IMG/VR virus record: IMGVR_UViG_3300008448_009815
Location: 62,001-118,616 of that record
Direction: 5' to 3' (one strand)
Length of the DNA: 56,616 nt
Source of the DNA: an uncultured virus (IMG/VR IMGVR_UViG_3300008448_009815)
Taxonomy: Duplodnaviria > Heunggongvirae > Uroviricota > Caudoviricetes
The notes beneath the pieces were generated by a model, which searched no databases, had not been told where the DNA came from, and saw only the letters and a program-made list of their open reading frames with translations. The stretch's first letter is position 1. Each line of letters opens with the position of its first letter. Below are positions 30,645 through 38,758 of this stretch, piece by piece. A program made the position numbers and the translations under genes.

Positions 30645-31334
30645 ATGAGAGATAAGAAAATTTTGGTTAGGGATTTAGTTATTCATTTAAAAAAATTAAA
30701 GTTTGCAAAATATTTAGTTGAGTATATTGATAACGAAATTCCTTTAACCATATTCCCTATTGCGAATAGGGAGGGGTTGACAATTAATGAATGGGTGAAA
30801 GATGTTGAAGATGATGTAAGACAACACACAGTTTTGACTACAACCAGATTATCATATGATGGTGTTAAATCATTTTTAGTTTACAAATTAAATACAATTC
30901 TCTCAACCTATAACGACGCAAATATTAAAGTACTTAAAATTACTGAGATTGTTAATACTGAAGAAATTGAGGGTAAATCTTTTGACGCTATATTTGAGTT
31001 TAACGGTGAAATTATTATAATTGAAATTAAAGTAACCCAAAGCGATACCGCATTTACAGGTGCAACACATACAACATCAAAAGCGGATATTTTTTTATTA
31101 ATATCATTATCAATTAATCGTGATAAAAAAGTTAAGGAAAGTGAAAAATATGTTGATGGTATTTTCGGTATGTTAATTAACTTGGATAAAGATTTTTGGA
31201 AAGGTGAGGCTAAAAATAATAGTAGTTTTACTACACTTAAATTTTTATCAAATATTGACTATAGTGAAAATATTTTTTGTGGTAGTCTTAAAAACAATAA
31301 AGTATACCAAAAACTAATTTTTGAAAAAATATGA
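30645..31334 (+). CDS. Putative type II restriction endonuclease (PD-(D/E)xK)
   Basis: FDAIF...IEIKVT catalytic-like motif; ATGA-coupled to a DNA methyltransferase. Confidence 0.5.
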   Translation: MRDKKILVRDLVIHLKKLKFAKYLVEYIDNEIPLTIFPIANREGLTINEWVKDVEDDVRQHTVLTTTRLSYDGVKSFLVYKLNTILSTYNDANIKVLKITEIVNTEEIEGKSFDAIFEFNGEIIIIEIKVTQSDTAFTGATHTTSKADIFLLISLSINRDKKVKESEKYVDGIFGMLINLDKDFWKGEAKNNSSFTTLKFLSNIDYSENIFCGSLKNNKVYQKLIFEKI

Positions 31335-32242
31335 ATGAAGTAATTTTAGGTAATGCGATTGAAGTATTACAAAGATATGAGGATAATACATTTGATTTAA
31401 CTGTAACATCACCACCGTATGATAACTTAAGAACTTATAATGGAAAAATTAAGGATGAGGTTGTCTTTGAAGATGGATTTAGTTTCCCATTTGTGGAAAT
31501 GGCTCGTGAGTTATATAGAGTAACCAAGAAGGGTGGTGTTGTTATTTGGGTGGTAAATGATCAAGTAAAAAATGGTGGAGAAACTGGTAGTTCATTCAGA
31601 CAAGCACTTAAATTTAAGGAGATTGGATTTACATTGTACGATACGATGATTTATCATAAGAATGGAGCCCCATTTCCTGAAACAGGTAGATACTCACAAG
31701 TATTTGAATATATGTTCGTCCTTTCAAAAGGGAAACCAAAAACGGTTAATCTATTAAAAGATAAACCAAATAGATGGGCGGGACATAGTAATTTTGGTGA
31801 TCCATCAAAAAGAGAAAAAGACGGAAACCTTAAAAAGGTTGACAAGTTTGTTGTATCTGAATTCGGTACAAGGTATAATGTATGGTATGTTAATAATGGT
31901 AAAGGGTTCTCATCCAAAGACGACATTGCATTCCAACATCCTGCAATATTTCCGGAATCATTGGCTGAGGATCATATTCTATCTTGGAGTAATGAAGGTG
32001 ATATAGTATTAGATCCTATGTGTGGTAGTGGAACGACATTGAAGATGGCGAAACTTAATAACAGGAATTATTTGGGTATTGACATCAATGAAGAATATGT
32101 CGATTTATCAAATCTAAGAATACAAAATATTGAACCATACACTAATGAAACACCTAATCCAAAGGTTAAATTCCTTTTATCTAAAGAAGATGCTTTATTG
32201 AAAAGAAAAAATAATAAAGAATCTAAAAATTTGTTGGATTAA
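31331..32242 (+). CDS. DNA N4-cytosine/N6-adenine methyltransferase, beta class
   Basis: TSPPY (motif IV) precedes HPAIFP and DPMCGSGTT (motif I). Confidence 0.9.
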   Translation: MNEVILGNAIEVLQRYEDNTFDLTVTSPPYDNLRTYNGKIKDEVVFEDGFSFPFVEMARELYRVTKKGGVVIWVVNDQVKNGGETGSSFRQALKFKEIGFTLYDTMIYHKNGAPFPETGRYSQVFEYMFVLSKGKPKTVNLLKDKPNRWAGHSNFGDPSKREKDGNLKKVDKFVVSEFGTRYNVWYVNNGKGFSSKDDIAFQHPAIFPESLAEDHILSWSNEGDIVLDPMCGSGTTLKMAKLNNRNYLGIDINEEYVDLSNLRIQNIEPYTNETPNPKVKFLLSKEDALLKRKNNKESKNLLD

Positions 32243-32260
32243 TAATTATTTGTATATTTG
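32230..32260 (+). promoter_or_regulatory. Bacteroidota-type promoter TTTG-N19-TATATTTG
   Basis: Matches the -33/-7 consensus with a 19-nt spacer. Confidence 0.7.
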
Positions 32261-32273
32261 TAAAAAAAACAAT

Positions 32274-32810
32274 ATGAGATATCTAATGTTTGTGTACGGT
32301 GAAAGTGAAACTATGGATAGTGAAGCCTTAACCACTAAAATTGGTAAAGAAATCCAACCCATTGTAATTTCAGAACAGATAAAATACATTTATGGTGATG
32401 GTAACGCAATTTTTCATTTTGAATCTGAGTTAAAATATGAAGAAATGTCTATGTATGTTGAGATGGTTTTTGAAGAATTAGAAGACATTATGTTTACCTT
32501 AATACCATTTAATGGTAAGATGGCAACAAATATGGGTAAGGATAGAAAAAATCACCTATTGTCTATTGATGAGGAGGATAAGATTGAGATTAATACTTTC
32601 ACTGTTAGTTCTGAAGATATTAGTAATGATGGTGCGATTTTTGATATGTTTATGGATATGATTAATCAAGGTAGTCCATTTATTATCAATAAAACAAATG
32701 AAGATGTGTGTAATATGTCATTGGACGAACTTTTAGATAAAATCAATGACAAGGGAATAAATTCACTCACAAAGGCGGAGAAATTAAAATTGGAACAATA
32801 CTCAAAATAA
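32274..32810 (+). CDS. Hypothetical protein with a C-terminal DUF6576-like helix
   Basis: LDELLDKINDKGINSLTKAEK resembles the ILDKI...G..SLT..EK tail of Bacteroidota proteins. Confidence 0.6.
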   Translation: MRYLMFVYGESETMDSEALTTKIGKEIQPIVISEQIKYIYGDGNAIFHFESELKYEEMSMYVEMVFEELEDIMFTLIPFNGKMATNMGKDRKNHLLSIDEEDKIEINTFTVSSEDISNDGAIFDMFMDMINQGSPFIINKTNEDVCNMSLDELLDKINDKGINSLTKAEKLKLEQYSK

Positions 32811-32815
32811 AATAT

Positions 32816-33616
32816 ATGAAGGAAAAAGGAACAGGAATGCCCATTAATCAGGATGAAATCTCTCACTACCTAAAGGATATTAGGAAGATTAAAGTTATGA
32901 CACCTGAAAGGGAAAAAGAATTATCTAAACTTATGATGTCGGATACTTTAACTGACAAACAACGAAAACAAGTTGAACAGGAGTTGTTAACAGGTAATTT
33001 ACGATTTGTTATTACCGTTGCAAAACAATATCAAAATCAAGGTTTGGATTTTCCTGATTTGGTTGCTGAGGGTAACTTAGGGTTATTGAAAGCAATTAAA
33101 AACTTTGATTGGAGTAAAAATTTGAGATTTATTTCATATGCCGTTTGGTGGGTTAAACAATCTATTATTCAGTCTTTAAATGACAATGCGAGAACAATTA
33201 GACTTCCTGTAAATGTTGTTCAGGAACTTCATAAAGCTAAAAAAGAAATTGAGAATAATGGAGGAAAACTATCGGATAAATTCTCATCTTTACCATCAAT
33301 GATTGACTTAGATATGAATATCAATGATGAGGGAGATACATTCCTTGATATGATACCAAATATGGATGCAGACGCTCCTGATGCGGCTTTTAATACTGCG
33401 GACATTCTTAAAGAAAAATTAATCAATACACTTAGTGTTTTAGATGAAAGAGAACGAGTAATTATTGAGGATTATTTTGGACTTAGTGGAACACCAAGAA
33501 CTTTGGAAGATATTGGAGGTGATTTTGGTTTAACTAAAGAACGAGTAAGACAGATTAAAGAAAGAGCTTTGAGAAGGTTACGAAATGAGAGTTCTGAATT
33601 ATTTGATTATATCTAA
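32816..33616 (+). CDS. rpoD: RNA polymerase sigma-70 factor, Bacteroidota RpoD-like
   Basis: NLRFVITVAKQYQNQGL..DL..EGNLGL, FISYAVWWVKQSI, RTIRLP, TLEDIG..FGLTKERVRQIKERALRRLR. Confidence 0.9.
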   Translation: MKEKGTGMPINQDEISHYLKDIRKIKVMTPEREKELSKLMMSDTLTDKQRKQVEQELLTGNLRFVITVAKQYQNQGLDFPDLVAEGNLGLLKAIKNFDWSKNLRFISYAVWWVKQSIIQSLNDNARTIRLPVNVVQELHKAKKEIENNGGKLSDKFSSLPSMIDLDMNINDEGDTFLDMIPNMDADAPDAAFNTADILKEKLINTLSVLDERERVIIEDYFGLSGTPRTLEDIGGDFGLTKERVRQIKERALRRLRNESSELFDYI

Positions 33617-33636
33617 ATAATTTTCTATACTTTTTG

Positions 33637-33667
33637 TTTGGTGGTTTAAAAAAGATCATTACATTTG
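33637..33667 (+). promoter_or_regulatory. Bacteroidota-type promoter TTTG-N19-TACATTTG
   Basis: Consensus match upstream of ATG 33691. Confidence 0.75.
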
Positions 33668-33690
33668 TAATGTATCTAAAACGAAATATT

Positions 33691-34137
33691 ATGACAAACG
33701 ACATCATCAAAGTAAACGAAGGAACATTATCAGGAGACGTATTCTACGGATCATTCAACACCACAGTAAAAGGTAAAAGAATTTCAGTTTCGGTTTCAAA
33801 CCACCTTAAAGATGCGGACAAAGAATACGAATTCCGTATCGCAAATAAATGTCAGGCAGGATTCATCAATATCCACGACACTAAAGGAACTGCGGCGAGT
33901 GTTATTCGTGGATACCAAAAAAACTCATTGGTTAATATCCAAGCAAAAAATGAGTACGGACAGTGGATGAATGTTTACACAATTAAAGGTGGTAAGTGGT
34001 ACTCAATCGACAAAGGGTTCTTGGATGTGTTAACTGTTGGGACAATGAGAGAGTCATTCCCTGATATGTGTGACATGGAACTTTGGGGTAGAATGGGAGC
34101 AAAAACTTGGGCAGACAAATCATTTAAACAAAACTAA
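33691..34137 (+). CDS. Hypothetical early protein, 148 aa
   Basis: ATG follows the host-type promoter; codons are visibly more C-ending than in neighbours. Confidence 0.65.
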   Translation: MTNDIIKVNEGTLSGDVFYGSFNTTVKGKRISVSVSNHLKDADKEYEFRIANKCQAGFINIHDTKGTAASVIRGYQKNSLVNIQAKNEYGQWMNVYTIKGGKWYSIDKGFLDVLTVGTMRESFPDMCDMELWGRMGAKTWADKSFKQN

Positions 34138-34142
34138 AAAAA

Positions 34143-34162
34143 TGGGGGGGTATAACCCCCCA
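34143..34162. terminator. GC-rich hairpin TGGGGGG-gtataa-CCCCCCA
   Basis: Intergenic stem with an A run on the left and no T tail on the plus strand. Confidence 0.45.
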
Positions 34163-34202
34163 CATACACAAAAACAACCTTATTGGGAAATTAAAAAATA
34201 AT

Positions 34203-34649
34203 ATGGGAAGCGTAATTGATTATATTGAATGTACAAATTGTAAACACGAAGCGTTTAGTGACTTCTATTACAAAACAGGGGAACAATATGTAAGTTGTAA
34301 TAACTGTGGGTATCACTACTCACAAACATTCCAAAGGGACGGTACCGGAAGGTTCATCACCAAAGACGGAAGTGATGATTATCATTTTGAAAATCTGATT
34401 ATGAATGTTTCGGAACTTAAAAATCCTTATGGTGCGTACAGAATAAAGACATATCATTCACCAGCAACACAGTGTGGTTCTTTTGAGAATGAAGAACAGT
34501 GTAACGAGTTTAAGAAAAGTATTATGGATGATGTTGAAATTGAATTTGCGTCGGTATCCAGGTTTATTAACGAGGAAATTGTTGTTGAGACAATAATTGA
34601 TAATGGACCTGAAGTTGATTCTTCTGGATTTACAATTGAGGATCGTTAA
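34203..34649 (+). CDS. Zinc-ribbon-containing hypothetical protein
   Basis: CTNC...CNNCGY. Confidence 0.65.
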   Translation: MGSVIDYIECTNCKHEAFSDFYYKTGEQYVSCNNCGYHYSQTFQRDGTGRFITKDGSDDYHFENLIMNVSELKNPYGAYRIKTYHSPATQCGSFENEEQCNEFKKSIMDDVEIEFASVSRFINEEIVVETIIDNGPEVDSSGFTIEDR

Positions 34650-34676
34650 TTTAAAATAACAGCCCTATCATATATG

Positions 34677-34702
34677 AACCCCCACCTAAAATGGGGGTTT
34701 TT
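34677..34702 (+). terminator. Intrinsic terminator
   Basis: AACCCCCA-cctaaaa-TGGGGGTT-TTT. Confidence 0.75.
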
Positions 34703-34739
34703 CTTTATCTTTTATATTTATTAGGTATAGTTTAATAAT

Positions 34740-35828
34740 ATGAAAGAAAAATTTTTACCTTGGTTTTTATTATTTTGTGCGATAGGTTTATCGGGAACTG
34801 CTGCCTATTATAGTGTTGTTGGATTATCAATTGTTTTTATTGGCGTTGCAATACCAGTAATAATAATGGGTTCATTTTTGGAGATATCAAAAATTGCTAT
34901 TGCAACATATCTTCATGACAAATGGAAGGAAACATATGGCGCGTTGAAGATATACATGACGATTGCATTGGTGACTTTATCAATTATAACCTCTTTAGGG
35001 ATTTATGGATTATTGAGTACAGGGTTTCAGGGAAACATTGCAAAACTTGAAATAAATGAGAAAAAAGTCAAAAATGTTGAAGTTAAAAAGAAACGATTTG
35101 AAGAAATAAAAGACGAACTCTCTAAAGAAAAAACAATTCTTAATGGGGATATAACAAAGTTGAGAGACGGACTTTCAAATAACACCACCACACAATCTGT
35201 GGACGGTAGAACTGGACAAGTAGTTACAAGAGCAAATAATGCGAATAGACGATCATTTGAGACACAACTATCACAAGCACAAGTTAGAAGAGACACTATC
35301 GCAAAACGAATTGATTCAATGAATGATAGTATTACTAAACTTGACATTGAAATTTTAGATATGGAATCTCAAGAAATATCTGGTAGTGAACTTGGGGCTA
35401 TTAAGTATGTAAGTGAACTTCTTGATTGGGAAATTAAAAGGACTGCAAATTTATTTATTTTAATTTTAATATTTGTATTCGATCCTTTAGCAATCACATT
35501 GGTTATTGCAACAAACCAAGCATTTAAGTCAAGAAGAAAAGAAGAAGACACCCCCCAAGTACCCATTAACTACCCTCCAAGTACCCCCCAAGTTAATGAT
35601 ACCGATGAACTACCGATGAACTACCGATCAACTACCGATCAAGTCAATGAGTATAGTTTTATTGATTATGATATATCCAAGGAGTTATCAGATGATATTG
35701 AAAATGATACGCCAAAACCATCATCCCCTGATTTAGTTGTTGATGAATTGTTTGATACAATTGATAAATATGAATTAGATATTAATGAAGTAAAAAATAA
35801 AAAAAGATTAGTATATAAAAAAGAATGA
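34740..35828 (+). CDS. Multi-pass membrane protein with a coiled coil (lysis-cluster candidate)
   Basis: Three N-terminal TM helices, a long coiled coil, then a TM segment with FVFDPLAI; TATTTATT upstream at 34715. Confidence 0.65.
   Translation: MKEKFLPWFLLFCAIGLSGTAAYYSVVGLSIVFIGVAIPVIIMGSFLEISKIAIATYLHDKWKETYGALKIYMTIALVTLSIITSLGIYGLLSTGFQGNIAKLEINEKKVKNVEVKKKRFEEIKDELSKEKTILNGDITKLRDGLSNNTTTQSVDGRTGQVVTRANNANRRSFETQLSQAQVRRDTIAKRIDSMNDSITKLDIEILDMESQEISGSELGAIKYVSELLDWEIKRTANLFILILIFVFDPLAITLVIATNQAFKSRRKEEDTPQVPINYPPSTPQVNDTDELPMNYRSTTDQVNEYSFIDYDISKELSDDIENDTPKPSSPDLVVDELFDTIDKYELDINEVKNKKRLVYKKE
35549..35650 (+). repeat. 2 x (4 x 11 bp + 7 bp) repeat array, unit TACCnnnnAA(C/G)
   Basis: caccccccaag tacccattaac taccctccaag taccccccaag ttaatga taccgatgaac taccgatgaac taccgatcaac taccgatcaag tcaatga. 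Confidence 0.85.
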
Positions 35829-36421
35829 TTGATGTTGTAAAATACGGAGAATTTAAACCGACGGGAAAACAAAAGAAGAAAAAACAAATAATTTTATCTC
35901 ATACATCTAGAGATGTTAAAAACTATTTAATGTCTTTAAAGTACCGATATAACGGAAAATACGACAAAGTTCCAAATTATATTGTTAACCGAGAAGGTAA
36001 AATTTTAAAACTTCTAAATGATAATGAACACTCTAATTATTTTTCAGAACCCAATATAAATAGGAACTCAATCATAGTATGTTTAGAGAATTTAGGATGG
36101 ATGGAAAAAGAACCATTAAAAAATTCACACATTAATTGGATTGGTAATATTTATAAGGAGAAGATATATGAAAAAAAGTGGAGAGATTACTTTTTTTGGC
36201 AACCATATACTGAAATTCAGATAGAAAAAACTGCCGAATTATGTAATCATTTAATGAAAGAACTCTCTATAACAAAAGAATGTATCGGACATAATACTAA
36301 AATAAATGGTGTTGAAAGATATGAAGGTATTGTGACTAAAAGTAATTTTGATAGTGAATTTACTGATGTTAGTCCGGCTTTTAATTTTGAACAATTTATA
36401 AAGCTAATTGAAAATGAATAA
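35825..36421 (+). CDS. N-acetylmuramoyl-L-alanine amidase (Amidase_2/PGRP) fold protein, possibly degenerate
   Basis: KQIILSHTS, NYIVNREGKI, NRNSIIVCLEN, YTEIQIE...L and TDVSP follow the Amidase_2 layout. Confidence 0.65.
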   Translation: MIDVVKYGEFKPTGKQKKKKQIILSHTSRDVKNYLMSLKYRYNGKYDKVPNYIVNREGKILKLLNDNEHSNYFSEPNINRNSIIVCLENLGWMEKEPLKNSHINWIGNIYKEKIYEKKWRDYFFWQPYTEIQIEKTAELCNHLMKELSITKECIGHNTKINGVERYEGIVTKSNFDSEFTDVSPAFNFEQFIKLIENE

Positions 36422-37028
36422 TTACGAGGAACTAAAAAAATTATTAGAATCATCAAGAAGATTACTTGGGGGGGATTTATTAAACGAAGAGTCTAATAGA
36501 ATTAGAAAAAGTTATGGTATGATAACTGAACAGTCTAACCCAACAACTGATATAACAAAAAAAATTAATCCATTAGGGGACTCAGAAGAAGAAATTGAAT
36601 ATGAGACTGCTGATAGCGGTGAAGAAGAAACAGAGAGTAAACCTGAAAAGAAAAAAGCATATAGAATTTCGGGCGGAATTTTAGTTCTTCATGGAACAGA
36701 TAGTACTGATATACAATTAACAACCGATGATAAAATCGCATTCCAAGAAAGTATGGATGAGTTTGTTGCGGAAGTGGCGGAAATTGTGGACTTCAATAAA
36801 CTAAATGTTTATGAAAATAATGTAGAATGGTCAGGTAAAATTACAGAATTGGATCTTGAGTTCTTCTTCTCAATTGGTGAAACTAAAGGGGTATACATAA
36901 ATGGTACTATGATTAAGTTGGATGATGAATTCTTAGAATTTGTTAATAAACTACAAACATACTACGAGAAATTTAAATCTAAGTGGTCTAAAGTGATTGC
37001 ATCAAAAAAGAAAACACCTGAAAAATGA
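36414..37028 (+). CDS. Hypothetical protein, possibly an internal virion protein
   Basis: N-terminal region with LLE/LNE/ITE sites. Confidence 0.6.
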   Translation: MNNYEELKKLLESSRRLLGGDLLNEESNRIRKSYGMITEQSNPTTDITKKINPLGDSEEEIEYETADSGEEETESKPEKKKAYRISGGILVLHGTDSTDIQLTTDDKIAFQESMDEFVAEVAEIVDFNKLNVYENNVEWSGKITELDLEFFFSIGETKGVYINGTMIKLDDEFLEFVNKLQTYYEKFKSKWSKVIASKKKTPEK

Positions 37029-37378
37029 AACAATTCTTAAATACCAATTTTAAATACATCCTATTTGTTGGGGTTGGATTATTTGTTATGTACTTTATGG
37101 TTTATTTATTTACACCAAAACCTGAAATGTCAGAATTAGATAAATATAAATTAGAACAATTAGATAAAGACATTGACTCAATTTTAAAAAAACAACAACT
37201 GCTTGATAAAAGAATCTTAGAATATAAGACAGAACTAAGTAAGATTGACTCAACAATTGCACAAGTCAGAAACCAAAAAACTATAATAAAAGAATATTAT
37301 AAAGAAAAAGGTGAAGAAATAACAGGAATGAAACCATCTCAAATTGACAGTTTATTCCATAAAAGATATAAGTATTAA
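37025..37378 (+). CDS. N-terminally anchored coiled-coil protein (spanin-like)
   Basis: One TM helix followed by a coiled coil; near the amidase. Confidence 0.5.
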   Translation: MKQFLNTNFKYILFVGVGLFVMYFMVYLFTPKPEMSELDKYKLEQLDKDIDSILKKQQLLDKRILEYKTELSKIDSTIAQVRNQKTIIKEYYKEKGEEITGMKPSQIDSLFHKRYKY

Positions 37379-37379
37379 G

Positions 37380-37787
37380 ATGAAAAATTTATTAATTACA
37401 TTATTGTTATTCGTTCCATTGTTATCATTTGGACAAGTTAAAAAGGACACAACACAGATTTGTTTCCCATATAGTGTTGGAAAACAAATTGCGTTAGATT
37501 TAAATAAATTAGATCAGTTAACTGAAGTACTTAAATTAACTGAAACAGAACTTAAAGAAACTCAAAACAAAGTAAGTGTTCAAAACGATATTATCACTAC
37601 AATGGAACTTAAAGAAGATAATTATGAGTTACAAATTCAAAAGGAACAAGAAAAATTTGGAATTGTTGAAGAACAAAATGAAGGATTAAGAAAAGATATT
37701 AAAAAAATTAAAACCAAAAATACAGTTATTGAAATTGTTGGAGGGGCGATAATTGGTGCATTAACCTATATACTTATTTTTAAATAA
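37380..37787 (+). CDS. Signal peptide + coiled coil + C-terminal TM protein (spanin-like)
   Basis: MKNLLITLLLFVPLLSFGQ signal peptide and a hydrophobic C-terminal tail. Confidence 0.5.
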   Translation: MKNLLITLLLFVPLLSFGQVKKDTTQICFPYSVGKQIALDLNKLDQLTEVLKLTETELKETQNKVSVQNDIITTMELKEDNYELQIQKEQEKFGIVEEQNEGLRKDIKKIKTKNTVIEIVGGAIIGALTYILIFK

Positions 37788-38032
37788 TGGCACTATCACA
37801 AACAGATAAAAGAGAAATTGAAACATTGGTTAGAAAAGAGATTAAAGATTTCTTAGGATCAACTACTGTGAAACAGTTTGAAGATAAACTGTTAGATAGA
37901 ATTTCCAAAGAAATGAAGAGAGGTAAACTAGAAAAAGATGTAAAAGACTTAATAATAAAATCATTCAGAGAATTCTATACGATAATGTATCAACAAAGAA
38001 GTTTCTGGGAATCAAAATTCAGAAGTGCGTAA
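37787..38032 (+). CDS. Hypothetical protein
   Basis: TAATG-coupled ORF. Confidence 0.6.
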   Translation: MALSQTDKREIETLVRKEIKDFLGSTTVKQFEDKLLDRISKEMKRGKLEKDVKDLIIKSFREFYTIMYQQRSFWESKFRSA

Positions 38033-38733
38033 TGGAAAACCTAACCGACTTATTTAAAAAACAATTCAACCAAGAAGCCAATATGATTGGATTGACAGGT
38101 ATTGATCAAGCAAAAGCGAGAAAAGAATTTACTGAAAATAAAAAGTCGGAAGATGATGATATTAGAAATAAATCAAAAGATTATCTTAAAGATGGTGTTG
38201 ATTTATCCGACATTATGAAATTAGTTAAAAATAAAAAATTAACTAATAATAAAATCAAAGGTGAAATAAGAAAATTATTAAAGAAACCTGAAGAACTTAA
38301 AGATTTCTTAAAATCTTTAATTAGTAAAGATAAGACTGAAACTAAAGAGGCAACAGGAACTGGAAGTTCGGGATCTGATATAACAACACCATTGTTTTCA
38401 GGTGAAGAACCCAAAAAAGTTGAAGCCACAGAAACCGCGTCTTCAGGTTATGGAGTTGGTGCGTATGAAGGACCTAGTATTTGGGCAAAAACCACAAGTA
38501 AGAAGAATTGGAAACCATCAAGGAAGACACAGATACCAGGAGGAAAATTCGTTCAGGTTAAAAAAAAATGTAAACGATTTCCCTATTGTAATCAGGGAGA
38601 TATTAAGGCTCTTAATATATTTGAAAACGAAACTGTTAAAAATGTTATTGAGAAAGTAAGTAACACCTATAACTTACACGAGGAACATATAAAAGACATT
38701 ATTTTATATGAGTTAAGAAAAACAAACAAATAA
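38032..38733 (+). CDS. Hypothetical protein, likely virion internal/head-associated
   Basis: Lys-rich, with TKE|AT and VE|AT segments and a KKKCKRFPYCNQG motif. Confidence 0.55.
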   Translation: MENLTDLFKKQFNQEANMIGLTGIDQAKARKEFTENKKSEDDDIRNKSKDYLKDGVDLSDIMKLVKNKKLTNNKIKGEIRKLLKKPEELKDFLKSLISKDKTETKEATGTGSSGSDITTPLFSGEEPKKVEATETASSGYGVGAYEGPSIWAKTTSKKNWKPSRKTQIPGGKFVQVKKKCKRFPYCNQGDIKALNIFENETVKNVIEKVSNTYNLHEEHIKDIILYELRKTNK

Positions 38734-38758
38734 CGATATTTATTATAAAAACACAATT

